Shown here: piece by piece, positions 36,889-44,790 of the stretch | Layout of the letters: each line of letters opens with the position of its first letter | Numbering within the stretch: the first letter of the stretch is position 1 | Origin: Candidatus Poribacteria bacterium | Lineage (GTDB): Bacteria; Poribacteria; WGA-4E; WGA-3G | Length of the DNA: 64,000 bases | Reading direction: 5' to 3' | NCBI GenBank assembly: GCA_965198235.1 | Contig: OZ240248.1 | Location: forward strand, 2,987,412-3,051,411 | Made by a program: the position numbers and the translations under genes | Notes under the pieces: generated by a model | Told to the model about the DNA's origin: nothing | The model's input: only the letters and a program-made list of their open reading frames with translations | Database searches by the model: none

Positions 36889-38218
36889 AACTTATGACCG
36901 CCATACACGGTAGGTGCGGTTTCCTAACCGCAAAAATCCTCCAAACATTTTAGACACCCTGCTGGCGAGGTTTGATGAAGATTAAGAATTATTTAATGTG
37001 GTAATGTAGAGCGTCCATTGTCTGAACTGTGATTTTTGTGATTATGGGATTTCTGTGATAAGAGACGCTTGTGGATTGGAAAGTGTCCTTTACAGAATTA
37101 CCGAAATATTTATTTAACCTTCATCAACCGTACTGGGTTCCTTCTAACCACTCTACAGATACACTGCTGGCGAGGTTTCCTATAGGAAATCCGCAGAAAT
37201 CCGCAGAAATCCGCAGGGAAATACGCAGGGAAACACCCTATCAAAAACCCCAAGCAAAGACCCCAAGCAAAAACCCCTCGTCTTTTCTTTTTTTAGGACT
37301 TACGCACTTCCTCTTGAAGTCCCCCTGATAAGGGGGATTTAGGGGGTTAAATAACTGAAATACTCTCACTGCGAGGCATTTTTGGGTGAAATCTATTGCT
37401 TCTTTACGCAATTTGCGTAAGTCCTGTTTTTATTTCTTACCAAAACGACACGCTGGACGCACCCGCCTTACGGGACTACAATCACTTTCCCAACGACCAT
37501 TGCTAATTGCTGGCGACTGACCACTGATTGCTGACTGCCGATCGCTATTCAATGCGGCGAGTTTCAAAGTATTCAGAGTAAAATCTGAAAAGTGATGGAT
37601 TTCAAGTAGGCTGTAAACTTAGACGATTATTGGGTTTTGAAGGGTTTTGATAGAAGGTTTCTGAAATGCTTACTCTGAAATTTCAGAGTAGACAGAGGAG
37701 GTTTCGTAGCGTAAACTTTTAGTTTGCGCACTCGTGGGAAACCCAATCTAAAAGATTATGCTACAAAGGTGGCAACTTAGGTTACTTTAGTTTTCACGGA
37801 GGCTTCACGGAGTTTTTATCGCCGTAGGTGGGCCGTGGGTTCCCAGGAGTCAATATACCCCTTCTCCGTGAAAAAACGAACGTGAAATTATATTTAACTT
37901 ACTGTATTGATGTTTTTAAGACTGGATATTGCTATCCATGCAGTGCAGAATATCGCGACCAGAGGTCGCTCCTACAGCAAAAAACCCTCAAGTAAAAGAT
38001 CGCAATTATTGGAGAATTGAATGCCTTTATTATGCCGTATCTTTCACTTGCAACTTCCCAAAATTAATGATATACTCATTAACGACCTTGAACACTGAAA
38101 GCCACACTTCTTGAAGTCTTAGAATATGACTTGCAGGAAGCGATTTGCCGAATCGAAAGCGGGTGTAAGAAAGCAAAAATCGCTAATTGTCGTGAAATAA
38201 AGATGGGGTTTAAAGACA
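36889..38218. repeat. 1.3-kb gene-free tract composed of interspersed repeat words
   Basis: Contains GAAATCCGCA x3 (37186-37215), the AGGACTTACGCA / TGCGTAAGTCCT inverted pair (37297 / 37415), and copies of the words listed in the findings. The only track ORF (37071-37328) translates the tandem repeats. Confidence 0.7.
38048..38076 (+). promoter_or_regulatory. Sigma70-like promoter candidate for the antitoxin-toxin pair
   Basis: TTGCAA - 17 nt - (TGA)TATACT, about 140 nt upstream of ATG 38219. Confidence 0.45.
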
Positions 38219-38476
38219 ATGAAAAGAAAAAAAATAAAAGCAACATACAGAAACGGTGTGATTGAACCGTTGGATAGGATCAACCTTCCTGAAGGACAAG
38301 CACTTGAGATCGAATTCAGAGTTCTCCTAAAACCGCCTCATGAACTTTCTCGCGCAGAAAAGAAAGAACTGATTCAGAAGATGAGTGGCTCAATGAAAGG
38401 GACATGGGGAAGCACCGTCGAAGAAATTGATGCTTACATCACATCAGAAAGACAATCATGGGATCGAGAATTTTAG
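38219..38476 (+). CDS. DUF104/AF2212-like antitoxin
   Basis: KATYRNGVIEPLDRINLPEGQALEIEF is the family core. Overlaps the PIN gene by 19 nt. Confidence 0.7.
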   Translation: MKRKKIKATYRNGVIEPLDRINLPEGQALEIEFRVLLKPPHELSRAEKKELIQKMSGSMKGTWGSTVEEIDAYITSERQSWDREF

Positions 38477-38907
38477 ATTTCCCCACGGCAAATTCTCACA
38501 TAACATCGGTGTTGTTGGATACCTCTGTTCTTATATACTACCTTGAAGGGATCGAACCTTACAACCTTCTGGCAAAGGAAATATTCCAAGATATCGTTGA
38601 TGAAAACATTAGAGGTTTTCTATCGGTAATATCGATAACTGAATTTGTAGCGAAACCACTTGGATCTGAAAAAGTAATAGACGTTGAAGGTTTTAAGCAG
38701 TTTCTCGCCTCACTACCAATTCAGGTGCTTGAAATTAACCATGAGATAGCAGAACGAGCGGGTAAACTCCGTTCGCAATATCCAAGTATTCCAACACCAG
38801 ATGCTTTAATTGTTGCGACCGCATTGGAGAATGATTGCGATATATTTGTCACGAACGACAAACGCCTAAAAAAGCTAGTGTTGTGTCAACCTTCTGTTGA
38901 TGGATAG
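38458..38907 (+). CDS. vapC: PIN-domain toxin (VapC-like); its present 3' end is encoded by IS630 terminal sequence
   Basis: Acidic PIN residues in LLDTSVLI, SVISITEF, TPDALIVATA and FVTNDKRL. The last 10 codons (VLCQPSVDG*) lie inside the IS inverted repeat. Confidence 0.75.
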   Translation: MGSRILDFPTANSHITSVLLDTSVLIYYLEGIEPYNLLAKEIFQDIVDENIRGFLSVISITEFVAKPLGSEKVIDVEGFKQFLASLPIQVLEINHEIAERAGKLRSQYPSIPTPDALIVATALENDCDIFVTNDKRLKKLVLCQPSVDG

Positions 38908-39512
38908 AGTTTCTTGAGTTTGACACGTGCGTCGTCGGTAGTAAACTGCCACTTTACAGTAGCACATTGTTCATTTCTTCGGCTTTGCCAGGCCTGAATC
39001 TCGTGCTTGAGGGTCTGTTGGTCGGCGATCCGCCTTGAAAGACATTGCCGAGATAGCACGGAAAGTTCAATCTCAGCCATGTTCAGCCAACTGCCATGCT
39101 TCGGGGTATAGTGAAACTCAATCTTTTCAGCAATACGCCTGGCTTGATGTGCTTGAAACGCTTTATACAACGAAGCCGGCTTATGAGTATTGAGATTGTC
39201 GCAAACCAGCAGGATCTTCTCGGCATCCGGGAAATGAACATCTACCAAGTCTCGACAGATGTGAGCAAAATCAAGGCTTGTTCGTCTATCAGTGACTTCA
39301 ACATGCCGAAATCCGTGAAGGGGTGCGAAAATCATGAACAGATTGCTGACGCCATTGCGCTGGTATTCAGAATCATATCGACGCGGAGCACCCGCAATGA
39401 CCGGCAGAGGCTGCCGAGTTTCTTGGATGTGTTGTTTACTCGTTTCATCAACACAAACCAAAGGATTCACACGCTCTTTGGGGCACTGGTAGATTTCTAA
39501 GACATCTTCCAT
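38886..39512 (-). CDS. IS630 transposase, DDE catalytic part (orfB)
   Basis: DDE_3 pattern: LVCVDETS, ILLVCDNLNTHK, HYTPKHGSWLNMAEIE. The frame is open upstream to the A8 slippery run. Confidence 0.85.
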   Translation of the reverse strand: MEDVLEIYQCPKERVNPLVCVDETSKQHIQETRQPLPVIAGAPRRYDSEYQRNGVSNLFMIFAPLHGFRHVEVTDRRTSLDFAHICRDLVDVHFPDAEKILLVCDNLNTHKPASLYKAFQAHQARRIAEKIEFHYTPKHGSWLNMAEIELSVLSRQCLSRRIADQQTLKHEIQAWQSRRNEQCATVKWQFTTDDARVKLKKLYPSTEG

Positions 39513-39574
39513 CGCAGCGACGAAATCCGCCGAGGCTTCGGGGGGAATACACCCTTGCTGCTTTAGCCAAGGTC

Positions 39575-40039
39575 TCAGTTCGTTTTTTTTAGAACCTGTC
39601 GTATCGTTTCATGAGAAATACTTGAAAAATGGTTGAGTTCTACCATTTTCTCTGCTAACAGGCGAAGCGTCCATCTTGAGAAACCCTCCGGGGCTTCTGA
39701 ACAGGCTAAAGCGATCAGATGCGCCTCTTTTTCGCCATCAAACTTTTGCCATCTTGATGCCTCGCAACGCTTCTTAGGAGTCAGGGTGGCTCTGAGACCC
39801 TCAAGCACAAAGGCTTTACGGACTCTCTGAATCGTAGGGATTGAGACTTCAACGGCTTCTTGTATCTGCTCATCTGAGTAGGCGGGGCCAAACTCACCCG
39901 CGTCTGCTTTCAGTAAGATTCTCGCACGCGTGAGTTTGCGTGCCGATTCTCTGCCTGAAGATATCAAATCAATGAGATAATCTCGTTGACACTCATCAAG
40001 TAGGACTGCGTATCGTTTCGCTGGCATCATAGACTCCAA
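39575..40039 (-). CDS. IS630 transposase, N-terminal HTH part (orfA)
   Basis: Helix-turn-helix region. Ends at an A8 run (39583-39590), where a -1 shift reads LKKNELRPWLKQQGCIPP into orfB. Confidence 0.85.
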   Translation of the reverse strand: MESMMPAKRYAVLLDECQRDYLIDLISSGRESARKLTRARILLKADAGEFGPAYSDEQIQEAVEVSIPTIQRVRKAFVLEGLRATLTPKKRCEASRWQKFDGEKEAHLIALACSEAPEGFSRWTLRLLAEKMVELNHFSSISHETIRQVLKKTN

Positions 40040-40116
40040 GTTATAGGATTGATTTTCTTAAGTCTAAGAATACCATCTTTCAGATTAACTATCAAGATAA
40101 ACTTGACAAAGCACTA

Positions 40117-40605
40117 GATAGGTTCTGGGAGATTTACAACACAGGACTTACCCGTATCATGGGCGGCAGAGGATTAATCGAACAGCGTCTCAGTGAAGTT
40201 TTCCTCGAAAATCTTCAGCCACAGATAAAGACATGGATATCTTATGGCGAGGAAGACTCAGAACAAACCGAAAAGGCTCTTCTCCGATACACTCTAAACC
40301 ATCTCCTTCAACTTCTTGAGGAAGATGGAGAACGTTGTTTTCCCGAAGAATTTTACCTATATCCACCCGTGTCTGAAGGGATCACAACCGGAAGTATTGT
40401 CAAAGAAAAGACGGACGATCAGCCGTTTGTAGTTCTGAGTCCAGCGTGTGATCTTGTTATCAGAAGCAACGGTGAATTCAAAACGGATCGGATTCTCCTT
40501 GCTGGGATCGAAGATGAAAGTGGGGTTGTGAATGCTGCGCTGGATGGCATTAGAAGAAGACAGAGTAAAGAAAATAAACTCCGAGATGTATTTAATGACA
40601 ACTAC
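40117..40605 (+). pseudogene. Internal fragment of an unknown gene, bounded by IS630 (5') and the IS3 remnant (3')
   Basis: ORF 40159-40638. The frame is open from 40117 and in phase with the PIN gene once IS630 is removed. Its last 11 codons are antisense IS3 sequence. Confidence 0.5.
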
Positions 40606-41414
40606 AGAAACGCCGAATGTGGGCGTTTCAGATTATAGACGTGTGTGATAAAATGCCCGATGCGATCTCTGGCCTCGGTGATGTTTTGATAGTCATTGAT
40701 GTGAACTTCTTCCTCTTTGAGGGTGCGTATGAGTCTTTCAGCATATCCGTTCTCCCAAGGCCGTCCGCGCTGTGCGACGGAAATCTCGATGCGATGTTCT
40801 TGGAGTGTTGCGATATAAGCCTTTGAAAGAGACTGCACGCCTTGATCGGAATGATGAATCTCAGGGACGCTATGGCAGAATGCCTCTTCGAGCGGTTTGA
40901 GCGTCAGAGATTGGAAACTCAAGTGCTGACTGATCTGCCAAGCTTTGATCATTCGGGTGAAAACATCCATGAGTAGGCAGACATAGATGAAACGTCCATT
41001 GAGACGAACATAGGTAATATCGGCCACCCAGACCTGATCCTGACGAGAGACCTCAACGTTTTCGAGGCGGTTGCTCCAAGGCTTTTCACCCTGAAGCGAT
41101 TTTGTTGTTTGACACGCACGCTTGACAGTGACCAAGAGATTCCTATTTTTCATCAATCGAGCGACGCGTCGCGTCCCAACGGTGTATCCCATACGCAGTA
41201 GCAACTGCGTGATACGCCTATACCCGTATCTCGGATACCGTCCGGCAAGTTTCTCTATTTCCGATCGTAGCAGATCTTCGGACGGATCCTCTTGGGGGTG
41301 ATAATAGAAACTGCTGCGGTTGAAACCCAGCGTTTCACAAATCTCTCGCACGGAATACTCCGTGTGCAATGCCGAAATGAGGCTTCGCTTTTCGGATAAG
41401 GTCATTTCAACCAA
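40602..41414 (-). CDS. IS3 transposase orfB (rve integrase core), C-terminally truncated
   Basis: DDE/rve pattern (WVADITYV, HHSDQGVQ, ENGYAERL). An A8 slippery run at 41423-41430 links it to orfA. Confidence 0.8.
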   Translation of the reverse strand: MVEMTLSEKRSLISALHTEYSVREICETLGFNRSSFYYHPQEDPSEDLLRSEIEKLAGRYPRYGYRRITQLLLRMGYTVGTRRVARLMKNRNLLVTVKRACQTTKSLQGEKPWSNRLENVEVSRQDQVWVADITYVRLNGRFIYVCLLMDVFTRMIKAWQISQHLSFQSLTLKPLEEAFCHSVPEIHHSDQGVQSLSKAYIATLQEHRIEISVAQRGRPWENGYAERLIRTLKEEEVHINDYQNITEARDRIGHFITHVYNLKRPHSAFL

Positions 41415-41773
41415 TCCAAGGCTTTTTTTTGGATGTCTAACGCCACCGTTAATCTCCCAACAAGCTGCTCAAGGTGAGCGATACGCTTCTCGGAAACCTC
41501 ACTCGACTGCTTATCAGTAGAGTCAAACAGCGTAGACGCATTTTCAACGAGCTGTTGCTTCCACTGTGAGAGTTGATTTTCGTTGAGATTAGGTTCTCCG
41601 CCGACACACTTCTGCTTGGGAAGTCGCACCGCTGAGGACTTCGAGAACAAGTTCAGCTTTAAACTCAGGGGTGAATTTTCTTCGTTTCGCCATCGGATAA
41701 CTCCTTTCTAATGAGATTGTATTGTAGCACAATCTTCCTTTAGGGTGTGGTCTAAAAAACCGATGGCAGTACA
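40606..41773 (-). mobile_element. IS3-family (IS150-like) element, 3'-truncated and frameshifted
   Basis: Left end reads TGTACTGCCATCGG on the minus strand, ending at 41773. orfB stops at ...NLKRPHSAFL, inside the conserved RPHSxLGY block. No right inverted repeat. Confidence 0.8.
41402..41693 (-). pseudogene. IS3 transposase orfA with an internal frameshift
   Basis: MAKRRKFTPEFKAELVLEVLSGATSQAEVCRRRT* (stop at 41589) resumes in another frame as ...NLNENQLSQWKQQLVENA...LEQLVGRLTVALDIQKKALDWLK. Confidence 0.75.
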
Positions 41774-42227
41774 ATTAGTCTTAGATGTGGTGCATCAGCG
41801 CGCAAAAACAGGCTATCAGGTGTTTCCCAAGGGACCAGATCAATTTTTTGCAGGACCGAGGACAACGGATTTCCAAGATAGCAGAATTCAGGAACAATGT
41901 AATAAAGCAGCTCTGGACATTGATGAACAAAGTATTGAGAACGTTAGAACCTTAGTACAAGATTTTTTAAAAGGACATCGTTTCATTGACTTACTTCCCG
42001 GGCACTTCGCTTTTGGGATTATAAGGCGTTGGATAAACCACACTGTCAATGTGAGGCAAAGAATTTTAGAAGAGGATATCAGAGTGTTCCTTTCAACAGA
42101 AGTATGGCGGTTGGTGAATACTCGGGACCATAACAGTTTGAAAAGGCGGTTACGGCGTGCAGTTCGGGAAGCAGAACAAATACGCCAAGCAAATAGTAGT
42201 CAAGCACAATCAAACCCTGGTTCGTAG
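41774..42227 (+). pseudogene. 3' fragment of an unknown gene downstream of the IS3 end
   Basis: Open frame continues from the IS boundary (LVLDVVHQRAKTGYQVF...IIRRWINHTVNV...REAEQIRQAN*). The only start lies inside the IS. No recognisable domain. Confidence 0.4.
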
Positions 42228-42449
42228 TAGTGCGATTCATCGCACGTCAAAGATAAAATGAAACCTGAAACTTCTGACAACCGAAAAAATATTACCATTT
42301 CCAAATACCTCATCCAAAGCAATTCAATCTTCAGTCTTCCGATTATTTTCCCCAGAGTGTCGCGACCGGGAGGTCGCTCCTACAGAAGAGGGAGTGTTTT
42401 TGCTTGGGTGTTTCCCCAGGATTCGGAGATCCCTTCTACCGAATTTTCC

Positions 42450-42478
42450 TTGCTTTATTGGCAGCGTATTGGTATAAT
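42450..42478 (+). promoter_or_regulatory. Sigma70-like promoter candidate for the Crp-family gene
   Basis: TTGCTT - 17 nt - (TGG)TATAAT, about 65 nt upstream of ATG 42545. Confidence 0.35.
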
Positions 42479-42544
42479 TAAGGACAAAGAACCCTGAAAC
42501 TTCCAGTGAACGTTCACAATCCCAAGAGAGCCCACGTTCATAGC

Positions 42545-43426
42545 ATGGTAACACAACAAAAAATCCCAGAAAGATTCTGGTGCGTTAAACAGATAGACAT
42601 CTTCCGAGACCTTGCCGAAGCAGATGCCGACGCGCTTGCACGGATAACGACTTTCGGACAGTTAAAACATGGAGACACGCTCTCTGCCGAAGGCGTTTAC
42701 CTATTGAAGGAAGGTCGCATCAAGATTTATCAAACACCGCCTGAAGGTGACGCTATCACCTTAGACGTGTTGGAGCCCGGTGAATTCTTTGGGGCAGTGA
42801 AATGGGAAAATAACGATACACACCCGAACGTCACGGCTGAGACACTTACAGAAGTTTCCGTTGTTGGAATCGTCACCGTCCAGAACTTCCAGTATTTTTT
42901 GAAGCGAAAACCGCACTTAGCGATGCCGTCACAGAGAACTTTAGCAAGTCTTATAAAGAGGCATCTACGTTGGCGTTCGACGGAATCAGGGAGTTATAAT
43001 CTCGTAACCTCATGTCAAAAACCGCGTCGAGGAATGACGAACCCTTTTCTGAACATTGCGTTCCGAAGTCCCGCATCGCGACTCGCGCTTCTGCTACAGA
43101 ACTGCGCCGATACACAGGGACGCGGAGGCACGACGATAGGACACGGTTCAAAGCGCGTCCCACATAAACTTTCGACAAAGCGGTTGGCACAATTAATCGG
43201 CAGCTCCGTTGAAAAAATGGAGGCACTCCTAAATCAGTTTAAACAGCATCAGATAATAGAGAAACGGTTTCGGCGGATCCAGATCCTTGATCCTTGGCAA
43301 TTAAAAAAGATTGCCAACGCAAGAATGGAAACGCTACCACCTGAAACAGTCAAAAATCAAGAGAACACCCAAACTTATGAGCAAGAAGAACCCTTATTTG
43401 CAGCTCGACCAGCAGATGGTCGGTGA
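42545..43426 (+). CDS. Crp/Fnr-family transcriptional regulator (cNMP-binding plus HTH)
   Basis: ORF 42506-43426. cNMP-binding beta-roll (LLKEGRIKIY...GEFFG) and C-terminal HTH (LSTKRLAQLIGSSVEKMEALLNQF). Unusually long linker. Confidence 0.75.
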   Translation: MVTQQKIPERFWCVKQIDIFRDLAEADADALARITTFGQLKHGDTLSAEGVYLLKEGRIKIYQTPPEGDAITLDVLEPGEFFGAVKWENNDTHPNVTAETLTEVSVVGIVTVQNFQYFLKRKPHLAMPSQRTLASLIKRHLRWRSTESGSYNLVTSCQKPRRGMTNPFLNIAFRSPASRLALLLQNCADTQGRGGTTIGHGSKRVPHKLSTKRLAQLIGSSVEKMEALLNQFKQHQIIEKRFRRIQILDPWQLKKIANARMETLPPETVKNQENTQTYEQEEPLFAARPADGR

Positions 43427-44756
43427 CATCTACACTTCGCAAGAAGTAATGGAAAACCTGACAGTCTTATGTGATGAATACGGTGCTCGGTTCGCCGGAA
43501 CGCCGGAGGAATATGAAGCCGCGAACTTCATCGCCGCGTGTTTCAAACGTTACGGACTCCAGAACGTCAAACTTGAGACCTATCCCTACGCGGGCTGGAC
43601 GCGTGGCACGGCGACGCTTGAGGTTATCGAACCGATTCGTCGAACGTTGCACTGCATCTCGCTACCCTACTGCCCCGCTGCCGACATCACCACTGAGCTT
43701 GTGTCGGCTGGGTATGGAAGTCCTGACGAATACACTGCACTCGGTGATACAGTTACCGATAAACTGGTTATGGCGAAGAGTGCCTCACCCCCTGATCTCG
43801 GAAGATGGGTACACCGCAAGGAGAAGTTTGAACGCACCGTGCTTGCGGGCGCAAGTGGATTCATTTTTGTCAGTGAACACCCTGGTGTCGGACCCGAAAC
43901 GGGAAGCCTTCAAAATAACAGACGCGCACCCATCCCCGGTATATCCGTTTGCAAAGAGGATGGCGAATTCTTAACGCGGTTGATAGCACGAGGAAACGGA
44001 AAAGTGACACTAAAACTCCAGACAACGGACATCAATGAACCGCGGACCTCTTGGAACGTCGTCGCAGATTTGCCCGGTAATGAAAATGCCGAAGAGATGG
44101 TGGTTGTGGGGTGCCATTACGACGGACACGATATTTCACAAGGCGCGCACGACCCCGCTTCAGGGATGGTATCTGTCATAGAAGCCGCGCGAGTCCTGTC
44201 TACCTATGCCGCTGGTTCGCTCAAGTGTACCGTCCGTTTCATCGCTTTTGGAACGGAAGAAATCGGGCTCACCGGTGCGTTTCGTTATGTTGATGCCCAT
44301 GCGTCGGAGTTGGATAACATTCGGTTTATGCTCAATATGGATGCCGCAGGCGGTTCAAGCCGTAAGGGCATTGTGCTTCATCGCTGGGACGCTTTGGAAC
44401 CCTTCTTTAACACCGCCCGCGAGCAGATGCACACTGAAATGCCGGTTGGACAAAAGGTGCATTCCTACTCTGATCATTTTCCGTTTTTCCTGAAGGGTGT
44501 ACCTTCAAGCCACATGGGCGATCCAGAGGCTCCGCCTGGTGGCAGAGGTTTCGGTCATACGGCTTATGATACGCTGGACAAGGTGGAATTGGAGAATCTA
44601 CGGGCTGCCAGTGCAGTCGGCGCAAGAATAGCCCTCCGCTGCGCGAGTGCCGATGATTTTCCCGCCAAACGGCGAACGTCGGAAGCCGTTCAAGAAATTG
44701 TTGATACTGACTCTGGGTTAGAGGGATATCGTATCTCTCTCAAACTGACACGCTAA
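43377..44756 (+). CDS. M28-family metallopeptidase with PA domain
   Basis: ORF 43311-44756. Start at ATG 43377. Zn ligand contexts VVVGCHYDGHD, AHDPASG, FGTEEIGLTGA and SDHFPF. Confidence 0.85.
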   Translation: MSKKNPYLQLDQQMVGDIYTSQEVMENLTVLCDEYGARFAGTPEEYEAANFIAACFKRYGLQNVKLETYPYAGWTRGTATLEVIEPIRRTLHCISLPYCPAADITTELVSAGYGSPDEYTALGDTVTDKLVMAKSASPPDLGRWVHRKEKFERTVLAGASGFIFVSEHPGVGPETGSLQNNRRAPIPGISVCKEDGEFLTRLIARGNGKVTLKLQTTDINEPRTSWNVVADLPGNENAEEMVVVGCHYDGHDISQGAHDPASGMVSVIEAARVLSTYAAGSLKCTVRFIAFGTEEIGLTGAFRYVDAHASELDNIRFMLNMDAAGGSSRKGIVLHRWDALEPFFNTAREQMHTEMPVGQKVHSYSDHFPFFLKGVPSSHMGDPEAPPGGRGFGHTAYDTLDKVELENLRAASAVGARIALRCASADDFPAKRRTSEAVQEIVDTDSGLEGYRISLKLTR

Positions 44757-44790
44757 ATTTTGGAACGTGCAAGTTACGGCAAAAGGAATT

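Larger units (their letters stand above)
38878..40114 (-). mobile_element. IS630-family insertion sequence (1237 bp) flanked by a TA duplication within a CTAG target
   Basis: Terminal inverted repeats GTGTTGTGTCAACCTT / reverse of AAACTTGACAAAGCAC (12/16 match). TA at 38876-38877 and 40115-40116, with flanks C..G. Confidence 0.85.

Noticed and set aside
37186-37227. Possible CRISPR array (also considered for 17192-17373 and 51185-51287)
   Set aside because: These are contiguous tandem repeats with no unique spacers and only 2-4 units. There are no cas genes in the window.
37071-37328. 85-aa ORF in the gene-free tract
   Set aside because: Its sequence (…KSAEIRREIRRETPYQKPQAKTPSKNP…) is a direct translation of the GAAATCCGCA tandems and CCCAAGCAAA words. 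It has no RBS.
43471-43974. 167-aa alternative-frame ORF
   Set aside because: It is embedded in the M28 peptidase gene. Its Arg/Ser/Pro-rich composition is typical of an off-frame product.
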